Source: an uncultured bacterium (GTDB lineage: Bacteria; Omnitrophota; Omnitrophia; Omnitrophales; Abzuiibacteriaceae). Taken from it: a stretch of 64,000 bases of DNA. The position numbers and the translations under genes are program-made. Each line of letters begins with the position of its first letter. Position 1 is the first letter of the stretch. The notes beneath the pieces are model-generated. The model was not told the origin of the DNA. It was given only the letters and a program-made list of their open reading frames with translations, and did no database searches. The stretch covers positions 42,098 through 106,097 of the forward strand of contig CAYLXA010000009.1 in NCBI GenBank assembly GCA_964387845.1, written 5' to 3'. Positions 1-8,719 of the stretch are shown piece after piece.

Positions 1-3000
1 CGTTCAGATAATCGCGTGCAAGCTTAAAATATTCGTTCTTAAAGCCCTGAAACCGCTCAAGCCAATCTGTTTGCTCAGGATCTATTTTTGAAAGCGCAAG
101 TTCGGTGGTTCTTTCCGCGTGATCAACAAGCTGAGTAATCAACGCTCGCATATCTTCAAGACTATAGGCCGTTGCGGTCTTTGAAGCTTTACTGTGTCCG
201 GCATTAGTATCTTGCGTTCCGGATTTGATTCGCCTAATTATCACAGCCGCCGCCAATCCAAGAACTCCGATAACACCGACGGCTACCTGCCCAAAACTAA
301 TCTCCGAAAAATAACCCTCAAAAGTTTCTTTCAAGCCGACGGACCGGACAATTGGCCCAAAAGCAAAAACCAGGACGCCGGCGGCAACAAACGCGCTTAT
401 CGCGAGCCACTTCGTCCGGCCGGTTAAGCTTTCAAGCGAATCCGTCCTTAATTCCGAGCGGCTACCGTAGTCGGGCCGGCTGTAAAATTGGCTCCCTTTT
501 TGATGGACCGTAAATCCAATCGAATGAATGAGTTGAACCGCTTCGCGCCGGTTAATGGCATATCCGAGATTGCTTGCTAATAAAATCACCTTATCAACAG
601 TGACTCGGCGAATATTTTTCAATTCATCTAAAACCTTTATGAAAAGATCATTCGAATTTTTCTGAGCACGTAATTCGGAGCGCGATAATTGCTCAACCGT
701 TTCCCGAACAAATTGCGGAACTTCGCCGGTTGCACGCAACAGTTCTTTTCCAACTAACGTCCGGCGATGAAAATCAGATATCGGACGGTCACTGATGGCA
801 TCAGTAAGAGCTTTAAAAAGGTTCGGATCATTTTGTTTAAGAACCTCTAAAGATTGCGCATCAACTTGCTGACGCAATTCCGAACGGTTCAGAACGGCAT
901 TGAGGACATCACGTAAATCGGAAACGGCTTGGTCGAGATTTTCGAAGTCAATTTCTTGATCAGACCCGGCGATTTTCAATTTGGAGCCGTTCACTTCACC
1001 CTTCAGTCCGATATGCCTCAAGTTGGCTTCGACCGTCCGAGCCGTCACTTCGGGATTAAAACTCGCCACTGGCGCCAAAAATTCTTTGTCACCCGCTCTC
1101 ACCTGAATTTTCCACTCCGAACCGAAGCCGGAAATCAATTCTACTTGCAATTCCGAACGTACGGATTCATTGGCCGCTTTGACAATACCCGTAAATTCAT
1201 CGGCTTTGAGACTGGCGCCGCCGATTAAGCCACCGTCAATGTTCTTCTTTGCGACCAGCGAAGCCGCATTCTTTGGATTCATACTGCCGCCGTATTGAAT
1301 ACGCAATTTGGAAGCAACATCTTCGCCGTAAATGGAGAGAACTAGAGCGCGAATATAACGCTGGACCTCATCAGCCTGTTCGGGTGTTGCGGTTTTCCCA
1401 GTTCCGATGGCCCACACCGGCTCATAGGCAATTACGACATTCGCCATTTGTTCGGCCGTTACATCTTTCAAACCTTCGAGGATTTGTTTTTCAATCACGC
1501 CAAATGTTTTGAACGCTTCACGCTCTTCCAGTAATTCACCAATCGCCAAAATCGGCTTTAAACCATTTTTGAGCGCGATTTTGACTTTGTCGTTGACGAC
1601 CGGATCAGACTCAGTCAGCCGATGATCAGCCGCTTTCTTTAAATTTCCGTGACGCCTTTCTGAGTGGCCGATAATGACATATTGAACACCCAAATCTTTT
1701 AACTGAGCATAGGATATCTGGCTCGTTTGAGCGCCCGGTTCTTCAGCAGACAGATCTTGAGCACCCAACGTAAGCTGCTTGCTACCCGGATAGATTGTGG
1801 TTTCTCTTAATCTTTTTATTTCTCTGACAACTTCATCAATATGAACAAAAGAAGGTGCGATAATAATTTCCGGGTCATTTTCCAATTGAGTATTTCCGAG
1901 GCTTACGACAATTTGCTCTGTCAAAACTTGAGCACTTATTTTATCGTTCACTGCCATCTTCCAATTGCCGCCGATGATTGGGGTGCGCTTCGCATTTTCC
2001 GCCCGCGCAAGCGCTTCGGAATCGATTTTAAGTTTTTCAATTGCTCTCTGCGCCTGAAATGAATTCCAATCATTCATGATTTCATCAAACTTTTGACGAA
2101 GCTTGGGATGCAGCCGCTCATACCGAGTCTTACCGTGAACAACCCCCTTCTCTTCAAACAGCCATTGCCGCCAACGGATTGCTTCTTTGGTAAACCACTC
2201 TAAATCCTGCTCGCTGACATCAAGCAACTTAGCTAGCGCCTCGTCCGTCATGTCAAGGCCTTCTCTACGAAACCCGTCAACTGTCGGCGTAAAACCAATT
2301 AGCATGGGCCATTTCTTAGCGTTTTTGGTTCCTCTCGGATCTTTTACGCGCTCTGATGACCATATATCACGCCGCACATTTTCCCTGAAACCGGGAAATT
2401 CCGGTTTTCCATCCGGGCCTTCTTTGAAAACGTTGTGAGTGATAAAAATAACCTCTTTCGGCTGATTCTCGAAAAATTCAAACATGTTGTTTGTGTGCGC
2501 AATTTCGTCTCCCGCTTCAAAATCACCGTTCGCAAATGGACTGGGGGTCAATGCGCCCACCGTTCCGGCTGCCGCAGCCGTCGCGGCGCTGATCATCATC
2601 AAACCATACAGAATACCAGTGGCAGTATCCGGTGCCTGTCTTAAGAAAAATCCGCCTTTCGGAAGTTTAACGCCCCATTCAACCACTTGGAAAGAAACCG
2701 GCTTGCCCCAATTTTCCGGCAAGAAATCTTTTGCATTATCCGGAATGGATACCGTAAAACGGCTGTTCGGATGTGCCCATTGAAGCGCAGCCGCATAAAT
2801 TTTCATCAGTGATTCAGCAACGTCTTCATTGATATGCGGAGAAAGTTTAATCAACCGCGATTTAGCTTCTTTTTTGTTGATTTTTTCGAGATCAAACTCC
2901 TCCAAAATCGCACGAATCGTATCGGATTTGTCCGAAAGCCAGAATTTTTCCAAATCCTTCACAGGAACAGCCTTGAGCGCAATGTCAATCCGTTTCGGGT

Positions 3001-6000
3001 CGGTCGATGACATTCCGTTCCAAACATACCAGTTTGGCTGGCCGATCGGTTTTGGCTTTCCGTCCTCTTCCAATCCTTCCCACCATTGTTCGACAACCGT
3101 GTCTGTTTCGGGGTCTAATCGGTAAGCACCGTTCGTAAAAATCGTTTTGCTGCCGGGCCCAATCATTTTCATGATGCGCGGATTGCTCTTATTGTTGGTC
3201 CCGACCAAAACGCCAAATGAACCCAGTTCGGGACTTTCTGCTTTTGGCCATCCATCTTCCGAAATCAACTCAGCCATATTAAGATCTCTAATAGGCGTAA
3301 TATAAGTTGGGTCTATGGGCTGCCCGCCTTCATCAAACAATTTGATGCCTGCCTGACCTTGAATCCAAGCAATGTCATCTCCATGAAATTCCACTTCCCA
3401 GTCTTCTTTCAAAGCATCGGGCACTTCAACAAACGCAGAATTGGTTTTTCCGACCGCGCTCGGGTAAGCGCCGAGAATACCGATCCGCTCGCCGGTCTTT
3501 TTGTTTATTAACACTTTGATCAGCATGTGTTCGGCAAGAAAATTCTTTTTCCGGAGCGCATCGTAGTTGGCTTGGCGAAGCGCTTCAAACTTCTTGCCGA
3601 AAAGCGCATTGCCGCCATATTCGGAGCCATAAGACAAAATTAACGCTTCATGCGCAACAAGAGCAAAGTAGCGGTTATCAATGGGATTTTCCTTTCGTTC
3701 GCGCTCAGCAGCTAACTTGTCCAGATCACCCGTCACATGAATGCCGCGCTCAAAAACGTATCCTTCTTTGATGGCATCCAGTGCTAATTTTCCGATTGCG
3801 ATTTTTCCTACTCGAGCCATTTTAATCATGTTGAGAGCAACGTAACGGCTATCGGTCAGCTGAATGCCGACCCGCCTTACTCCAGAATCAGGATCCGACA
3901 TCAAGTATGCAATTTTGTACATCTTCTTGCCCTTGTAGCCATCAGCCTTCATTAAATCTAAAATGGTTTGTTTCTTGCCCTCAGGGCCATCCGCCATCGC
4001 CCAATTATTGGAAGGGCCTTTGTCGTTGGAATCGTTGGTAAGCACCATCGTGCGGTTCGCTGTTCTCGCAACATCCTTCGGATGGGAGTGAGCGACATAT
4101 CTTCCGTCATTTGTTTTAAAATAGCGTCGGGATGTTTTCCCCCACTCAACTTGTTCTTCCTGGAGGCGATCTTCATCGGAAACGTCAACCCATTCCGATT
4201 CTCCCGCCCCGACAAGCTCGTGGGCATAATCAACAAATTCATGAACCGACTGAGGAACTCCTTTGAAATCATCCTCGCTTAAGTTAATCCGCAGTTCGCT
4301 GCGAGAAAGTGAAGGAATTTCACGGTCGCGGTACAAATCCAAAACATCAGACGGTTCCAATCCAAATCTTGTTATAAGAGCTGAGGCAAGCGTTCCGGGA
4401 TTCGCTTGGAGATGTTCTCTCGCTTCATTAAGCGCTCTTTCGCGCATTTCAGCTTCATATGCAGCAGTATCGCTTCCGCGGCCTCTTTGCGCATGACGAA
4501 CGGCTCTGAGTTCGCTGCGAGTCGTTAGAAGCTGATCGATAACTTCAATGGCGCTTGCAACCGTTTGAATTTTTTCAGCTTCTTCATCTGGAATTCTAAT
4601 ATCAAAGTCACCCTCTAGTGACACAACGAATTCGACAGTTTTCAACGAATCCCAATTCTCTATTAAATCTTCAAATCGAACATCATCATCAATGGGAATA
4701 TCTGATTCCAAACCGCTGATCTCTCTAAGTCGCCAAATAACTTGCCGCTGAATGTCACCGATGCTGAATATGCTTGCGCCGGCTGTGTCACCAGTGCGAA
4801 GTTCGCTCTGTTTAGCAGCGAGAGCATTGCTCGGCTCTGTGCTTTTTGCCCGCCGAAGAGAGAGACCATGCCTGTCAAGCGCGGCTGTGATTTCTTGAAT
4901 ATTCTCGACTGAAAAACGGGCTTGCCTGAGATCAGTCGCACTCATTTGGGTTAAGACGTTGACAGTCGTAACACCCTTAGTTCTTAACAGGCCAGCGAGT
5001 TTGACGGGCAAGTTTAATTGTGAAAAACGGATGCTTTGCGCAGCATTACCCCGAAGCTCCGAACGCGCAGCGGCTTTGATTGCTTCTTCCAAGAGCGCAA
5101 TGTGCTCATTGATAACGATAAACTCTGTGACTTGGAAATCCTGATCCTCCGGACTGAGCGTGGCTAAATTTTCATGCAGATAACTGACCAATTCGGCAAA
5201 CTTTGATCTCATAACTTGAAGCATTTCCTTCAGCTCTTCGGCGGAAAACCGGCTCAAATACTCTTTGTAAACGGCTTTCCGGTCAGAGGATTCAACCTGC
5301 GATTGCAACTGCGCAATCCGCATCTCTACGTTCCGGGCCAGATCTGCTGCAAAAGATTCCGGAGAAATCGGCTTATTTTCAAAAAGCACGGCTTCCATAA
5401 GCCCGCTCGGGCCTTCTTTTGTTTCCACCGTTCTTGCGTCGGCTACGACCTGATTAGAGTCCGCATGCTCAAAACCTCTCAACTGGATACCGTTCCGGAG
5501 ACTGACGCCGATCCATCCTCCACGGCCGCCGAAACGCTCGCCCATTCCATGATCCGTAAAAATAATGCGGGAATCAATTTGAAAACCACCGATCACGCCA
5601 CGTTTCTCGGCGTTTAGTTTGGTCGCAAATTCATGAAACGGCAGATGCCCGGTAAACAAACGGTTAAACCCGTTGACTTCGGCGAGTCTTCGCGCACCAA
5701 ACTTATTAATAGCAGCCGCCACATTCGGCACCTTGATCTCGGTCGTGTTGTCGGCATACCAGCTGTTTACCAAATTGAGCGCTTCATAAATTTCAGAAAG
5801 CGACGGGTTTGAGCGTATGTCGTGCGCAACAATGTCCAAGCCTTGCCAAACCGATGGATGTTCTTTGCTGCCTTTTCCTCGATATTCAATTTTCTTAGAC
5901 GGATCATCCTTGCTTCTGTAGGTGAAATAAAATTCACCTGTGCTCATATCCACCGGCAAAAACGCGTGCATATAAATATTTTGATAAGCATCGCGCTGAT

Positions 6001-8644
6001 ACAAATGAAACTGCGCTTTGAAGAAATCAGCTATCCGGTCAAGCGTGTGATTTTCCAGATAATTGGCCGAAGTCACTTTTGCATCGGCCGGCAAGTTTTC
6101 GTTCAACTCCTTGATAACCGCTGTTCCCCAATCCTTATGAAAGACCCAGTCTTTCGCCCACCACTCAGGTGACGTATAATTCTGCCGGTTAACGGCTTCG
6201 AAAACTTTTGCCCAGTCTTTGCCTTGATCCACAAACGATTGGAGGTCTTTCTTGAGTTCGGGAAGAATATCTTCGGACATCATCCGGATCGCTTCACGCC
6301 ACGCCTGATTGGACGGCAGTTCGGCATCAAAACCCTGTGCGGCTTCAATCGATGCATAAGCCTTTCTAAATCCCTCCAGCAAATCTTCCCACCAAGGAAT
6401 CGAAACGGTGCCGACCGCGCGGACTCCGGTGTAAATATCCACCAAATACCAGCCTCGGAACTGATTCCACAACCGGATCTGCTCGGCATCACCGTTCAAA
6501 CTGGCAGAAACTTGCTTGTAAAGACCGCTGCCTTCAACGCGTTTCTTGCGTTTTTCATCAGTCCATGCGCCGTTTACTTTAATTTCAAGCGTATCCCAAA
6601 ATTCTTTTTGCCGCTTTTCATGGAATGCGGTAAATTCGGCGAGATGTTCCGCCCACCAAGTTTTGGCTTTGGCTTCGGGAATTTCTTTCCGGTAGCGATC
6701 CGCGATTGCTTCTGCTTCCCGGTCACCGTAAAAATTATAGCCTTCGTAAAACGGCAAATGAAAACCCTGCAAATTCATAAACATCCACAAATCATGATTG
6801 CCCGGTATAAAATCAGACAGTCCCGCATCAATTAATTCTGCGGAACGATGAAATACTTTCACGCCGTAAGGCCCGCGATCCATCAAGTCGCCTAAATTAT
6901 GAAGGTAAATCTTGCGCCGCAAATCATCAAACGTAACGCCATGAACGGCCAGCTGGTCTTGAAGTGCTTTACTCGGATTCAATTTAAAATCTGCCGGCAG
7001 TTGACCGGGCAAAACTTGGTTGATTGCATCAACGATCAGTGCGTCAAAACGATCGATCGTTCCGTGCTGGTCCGAAATAACGGCTGCAATGGGAAAATCT
7101 CTAGACTCAGAGGGTTTTTCAAGCTGCGAAAGCAAATCAAATAGCAATTTCAGCTCTTCCTTTGACGGCATATAGGTAGTCGAAATGCTCTTTTCTCTCA
7201 GTTCAGAGCGGTTCTTACGATTGCTATTGTGATTGAGCTCAAAAATACGGTTAATCTGACCTGCAACAGTTGCAAGGTCACCCCGCACAGGCCATTCAAC
7301 TGTGACTAAGGTATCCCGCTCAACAATCGGTATCACGGAACTTCTGTGATCGCCTTTGGCTAATTGCACGCCACGAGTTTGAAGAAGAGTTGCTAAAGCG
7401 TGAGCGCTGCCTGCAAACTGAGGTTCCGCATGACCTGGAAAATAAACATCCAATCCTTTCTTCTTTAAATTTGGGATCACATGAACAGGCGCTTGATTAG
7501 AATTGACAAGGCCTGAAACTGGTAATTGGGCCGGTTGGCCAAGAGGATCGCTTGAATCGGCAACAGGAAAAGGACTATTCTTTGTCTTGGTTCTCTTTCT
7601 AAGAGCTTTTTTGCGGGTACTTGCTTCAGTTACCGAACCGCTGGCATGAGCAATCACTTCTCCGTCTTTATTATCGCGCTTCACTTCATAAAAAAGTACA
7701 TTTGTGCCGCCTTTCCGCTCAACTTTAAAAATTTGTAAGCGTATTTTCTTTCCGCGAGGGCCCACAAAGAAAACTGAATTGCGGGCGCGATTTAAGGCAT
7801 AATCTGAAATTGCTGCTTTAATTTCATCTATATACTGCTTCATATCGGCGGTTTCGGTGATGAAACTCGAAAATTCAAATTTCTGGATCTGCTGAGCCCG
7901 GAGTTCAGAGCGCAGCAGTTCGAGTGCGGTTTCGCGGGCTTCGGAATCTTGAGGGAACGCAAAGATGGTGTCCACCAAAACCAATTTTCCGTTTCGGATA
8001 TATTCCATAAAAGAATCGATTTCAGGCCCCGGGAAAACTCCTTTGTGTTCACCCAGCATGTGAGAAATGTGATGATTTTGCGAAACGCTCTTTAAACCAT
8101 TGCCGACATGGAAATGCAGGTGAGGCACTGTGATTTCCGTTCCACCGTTTACTCTCACTTTCAATTCTTTGCCCTGCCTAAAAAAGACCGTTAATTTTTT
8201 ACTGTCATCTGAACTTTCTATCGATGACACGCCGCCATACAAGAGAGCATCTTTTAATTGGGCAGACAAATTATCCGGCCATGCAATGGTTTGGAAATCA
8301 AGGGATCCCTCGCCCAAAAGGCCTCTGTGTTCTGTGGTTTGCGCTACAATTAATAGAAGCTTGTCCGCCAATTGATCCGCAAGCTGTTGGCTGAGCGGTT
8401 TATTCGGATCCAAAAACAACACTTGCCTGAGTTCGGAACGGAAAGAAGGATATTGCGCTGCAAATTGACGGAGTTCGGAAGCGGCTTTGCTCCAGACAGC
8501 GGCTAAATTGCGGACCGTAGTGGTGCCGGGCTTCGGCGCGAAAATAGTTTGCGGAATGTCCGAATATGCCATCGAACTCGAGAATGTAAACGCAAACAAT
8601 GTTGCGCTTGCCGTCATTTTGATCAGTTTATGTTTTAGATTCAT
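1..8644 (-). CDS. Giant mosaic polyprotein A. N-terminus at 8644; the gene continues past the left window edge, so it is C-terminally truncated by the window. At least 2880 codons in the window.
   Basis: ATG at 8642..8644 (revcomp of cat). Hand translation gives MNLKHKLIKMTASATLFAFTFSSSMAYSDIPQ... and stays stop-free down to position 2 in frame 2 mod 3. It contains, in order: a HIT-like HLHFHVGNG motif (~8100..8150), FBPase class 3, an RpoA alpha-CTD-like segment, an ACP-like segment, GTP-PEPCK, TIM and two C-terminal TM helices. It is absent from the ORF track only because no stop lies within the window. No obvious SD upstream. Confidence 0.75.
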   Translation of the reverse strand, partial: MNLKHKLIKMTASATLFAFTFSSSMAYSDIPQTIFAPKPGTTTVRNLAAVWSKAASELRQFAAQYPSFRSELRQVLFLDPNKPLSQQLADQLADKLLLIVAQTTEHRGLLGEGSLDFQTIAWPDNLSAQLKDALLYGGVSSIESSDDSKKLTVFFRQGKELKVRVNGGTEITVPHLHFHVGNGLKSVSQNHHISHMLGEHKGVFPGPEIDSFMEYIRNGKLVLVDTIFAFPQDSEARETALELLRSELRAQQIQKFEFSSFITETADMKQYIDEIKAAISDYALNRARNSVFFVGPRGKKIRLQIFKVERKGGTNVLFYEVKRDNKDGEVIAHASGSVTEASTRKKALRKRTKTKNSPFPVADSSDPLGQPAQLPVSGLVNSNQAPVHVIPNLKKKGLDVYFPGHAEPQFAGSAHALATLLQTRGVQLAKGDHRSSVIPIVERDTLVTVEWPVRGDLATVAGQINRIFELNHNSNRKNRSELREKSISTTYMPSKEELKLLFDLLSQLEKPSESRDFPIAAVISDQHGTIDRFDALIVDAINQVLPGQLPADFKLNPSKALQDQLAVHGVTFDDLRRKIYLHNLGDLMDRGPYGVKVFHRSAELIDAGLSDFIPGNHDLWMFMNLQGFHLPFYEGYNFYGDREAEAIADRYRKEIPEAKAKTWWAEHLAEFTAFHEKRQKEFWDTLEIKVNGAWTDEKRKKRVEGSGLYKQVSASLNGDAEQIRLWNQFRGWYLVDIYTGVRAVGTVSIPWWEDLLEGFRKAYASIEAAQGFDAELPSNQAWREAIRMMSEDILPELKKDLQSFVDQGKDWAKVFEAVNRQNYTSPEWWAKDWVFHKDWGTAVIKELNENLPADAKVTSANYLENHTLDRIADFFKAQFHLYQRDAYQNIYMHAFLPVDMSTGEFYFTYRSKDDPSKKIEYRGKGSKEHPSVWQGLDIVAHDIRSNPSLSEIYEALNLVNSWYADNTTEIKVPNVAAAINKFGARRLAEVNGFNRLFTGHLPFHEFATKLNAEKRGVIGGFQIDSRIIFTDHGMGERFGGRGGWIGVSLRNGIQLRGFEHADSNQVVADARTVETKEGPSGLMEAVLFENKPISPESFAADLARNVEMRIAQLQSQVESSDRKAVYKEYLSRFSAEELKEMLQVMRSKFAELVSYLHENLATLSPEDQDFQVTEFIVINEHIALLEEAIKAAARSELRGNAAQSIRFSQLNLPVKLAGLLRTKGVTTVNVLTQMSATDLRQARFSVENIQEITAALDRHGLSLRRAKSTEPSNALAAKQSELRTGDTAGASIFSIGDIQRQVIWRLREISGLESDIPIDDDVRFEDLIENWDSLKTVEFVVSLEGDFDIRIPDEEAEKIQTVASAIEVIDQLLTTRSELRAVRHAQRGRGSDTAAYEAEMRERALNEAREHLQANPGTLASALITRFGLEPSDVLDLYRDREIPSLSRSELRINLSEDDFKGVPQSVHEFVDYAHELVGAGESEWVDVSDEDRLQEEQVEWGKTSRRYFKTNDGRYVAHSHPKDVARTANRTMVLTNDSNDKGPSNNWAMADGPEGKKQTILDLMKADGYKGKKMYKIAYLMSDPDSGVRRVGIQLTDSRYVALNMIKMARVGKIAIGKLALDAIKEGYVFERGIHVTGDLDKLAAERERKENPIDNRYFALVAHEALILSYGSEYGGNALFGKKFEALRQANYDALRKKNFLAEHMLIKVLINKKTGERIGILGAYPSAVGKTNSAFVEVPDALKEDWEVEFHGDDIAWIQGQAGIKLFDEGGQPIDPTYITPIRDLNMAELISEDGWPKAESPELGSFGVLVGTNNKSNPRIMKMIGPGSKTIFTNGAYRLDPETDTVVEQWWEGLEEDGKPKPIGQPNWYVWNGMSSTDPKRIDIALKAVPVKDLEKFWLSDKSDTIRAILEEFDLEKINKKEAKSRLIKLSPHINEDVAESLMKIYAAALQWAHPNSRFTVSIPDNAKDFLPENWGKPVSFQVVEWGVKLPKGGFFLRQAPDTATGILYGLMMISAATAAAAGTVGALTPSPFANGDFEAGDEIAHTNNMFEFFENQPKEVIFITHNVFKEGPDGKPEFPGFRENVRRDIWSSERVKDPRGTKNAKKWPMLIGFTPTVDGFRREGLDMTDEALAKLLDVSEQDLEWFTKEAIRWRQWLFEEKGVVHGKTRYERLHPKLRQKFDEIMNDWNSFQAQRAIEKLKIDSEALARAENAKRTPIIGGNWKMAVNDKISAQVLTEQIVVSLGNTQLENDPEIIIAPSFVHIDEVVREIKRLRETTIYPGSKQLTLGAQDLSAEEPGAQTSQISYAQLKDLGVQYVIIGHSERRHGNLKKAADHRLTESDPVVNDKVKIALKNGLKPILAIGELLEEREAFKTFGVIEKQILEGLKDVTAEQMANVVIAYEPVWAIGTGKTATPEQADEVQRYIRALVLSIYGEDVASKLRIQYGGSMNPKNAASLVAKKNIDGGLIGGASLKADEFTGIVKAANESVRSELQVELISGFGSEWKIQVRAGDKEFLAPVASFNPEVTARTVEANLRHIGLKGEVNGSKLKIAGSDQEIDFENLDQAVSDLRDVLNAVLNRSELRQQVDAQSLEVLKQNDPNLFKALTDAISDRPISDFHRRTLVGKELLRATGEVPQFVRETVEQLSRSELRAQKNSNDLFIKVLDELKNIRRVTVDKVILLASNLGYAINRREAVQLIHSIGFTVHQKGSQFYSRPDYGSRSELRTDSLESLTGRTKWLAISAFVAAGVLVFAFGPIVRSVGLKETFEGYFSEISFGQVAVGVIGVLGLAAAVIIRRIKSGTQDTNAGHSKASKTATAYSLEDMRALITQLVDHAERTTELALSKIDPEQTDWLERFQGFKNEYFKLARDYLN
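190..430 (-). other. Two predicted TM helices near the window-edge end of A.
   Basis: WLAISAFVAAGVLVFAFGPIV and VAVGVIGVLGLAAAVIIRRI, preceded by SRSELRTDSLESL. Confidence 0.5.
1200..1995 (-). other. Module in A: triosephosphate isomerase.
   Basis: PIIGGNWKM (~1951..1981), IIGHSERRH, AYEPVWAIGTGKTATPEQA, YGGSMNPKNA (~1262..1295). Catalytic Asn, Lys, His and Glu are all present. It directly follows PEPCK with no RSELR between them. Confidence 0.9.
2030..4288 (-). other. Module in A: GTP-dependent phosphoenolpyruvate carboxykinase (PckG type).
   Basis: VARTANRTMV, then LAEHMLIKVLINKKTGERIGILGAYPSAVGKTNSAF (kinase-1a, compare FPSACGKTN), then EFHGDDIAWIQ. Preceded by RSELR at 4289..4303. Confidence 0.8.
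4289..4303 (-). other. Example RSELR site in A (codons CGC AGC GAA CTG CGG).
   Basis: Plus strand ccgcagttcgctgcg. Reads ...LSRSELRINLSEDDF at the N-terminal boundary of the PEPCK module. In frame with A. Confidence 0.9.
4540..4700 (-). other. Module in A: acyl-carrier-protein-like domain retaining the DSL phosphopantetheine-attachment serine.
   Basis: ENWDSLKTVEFVVSLEGDFDIRIPDEEAEKIQTVASAIEVIDQL. The ACP signature DSL-x-x-VE-L-x-x-x-L-E-x-x-F-x-x-x-I-P-D-E-E-A is present. Flanked by KQSELR and TTRSELRA. Confidence 0.6.
4870..5045 (-). other. Module in A: RNA polymerase alpha C-terminal-domain-like helix-hairpin-helix segment.
   Basis: FSQLNLPVKLAGLLRTKGVTTVNVLTQMSATDLRQARFSVENIQEI resembles the RpoA alpha-CTD (LELSVRSANCLK...GKKSLTEI). 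Confidence 0.35.
5070..7190 (-). other. Module in A: fructose-1,6-bisphosphatase class 3 (Bacillus Fbp type, metallophosphoesterase fold).
   Basis: Motif LGDLMDRGPYGVKVFHRS encoded at ~6868..6895. FIPGNHDLWM follows downstream. The block is about 700 aa. It is bounded by RSELR at ~7196..7210 and ~5052..5066. Confidence 0.55.
8534..8644 (-). other. Leader of A: Sec-like signal or leader peptide of the conserved family.
   Basis: MNLKHKLIKMTASATLFAFTFSSSMAYSDIPQTIFAPKPG. First RSELR at about residue 67. Confidence 0.6.
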
Positions 8645-8651
8645 GTTTTTA

Positions 8652-8679
8652 GTGATAAGTGATAAGTGGTAAGTGGTAA
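8652..8679. repeat. Four tandem heptamers in the 75-nt B-A spacer: GTGATAA x2 then GTGGTAA x2.
   Basis: Read directly: agtgataagtgataagtggtaagtggtaag. On the coding (minus) strand this is CTTACCA CTTACCA CTTATCA CTTATCA, ending about 10 nt before the A start codon. Confidence 0.7.
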
Positions 8680-8702
8680 GCAACTTAAAACTTACCACTT
8701 AC
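8669..8702. promoter_or_regulatory. Perfect 12-bp inverted repeat with a 10-nt loop between the stop of B and the start of A.
   Basis: gtaagtggtaag (8669..8680), loop caacttaaaa, cttaccacttac (8691..8702). The left arm overlaps the heptamer repeats. No U-tract follows on the transcribed strand, so it is not a canonical intrinsic terminator. Candidate RNA processing or regulatory stem, or a protein-binding site. Confidence 0.5.
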
Positions 8703-8719
8703 AACTTACGACTGAAAAA

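Noticed and set aside
8669-8702. The 12-bp stem-loop as a rho-independent terminator for B.
   Set aside because: The stem is not followed by a U-tract on the transcribed strand (the downstream sequence is CACUUAUCACUUAUCACUAAAAAC) and the stem is only 42% GC.
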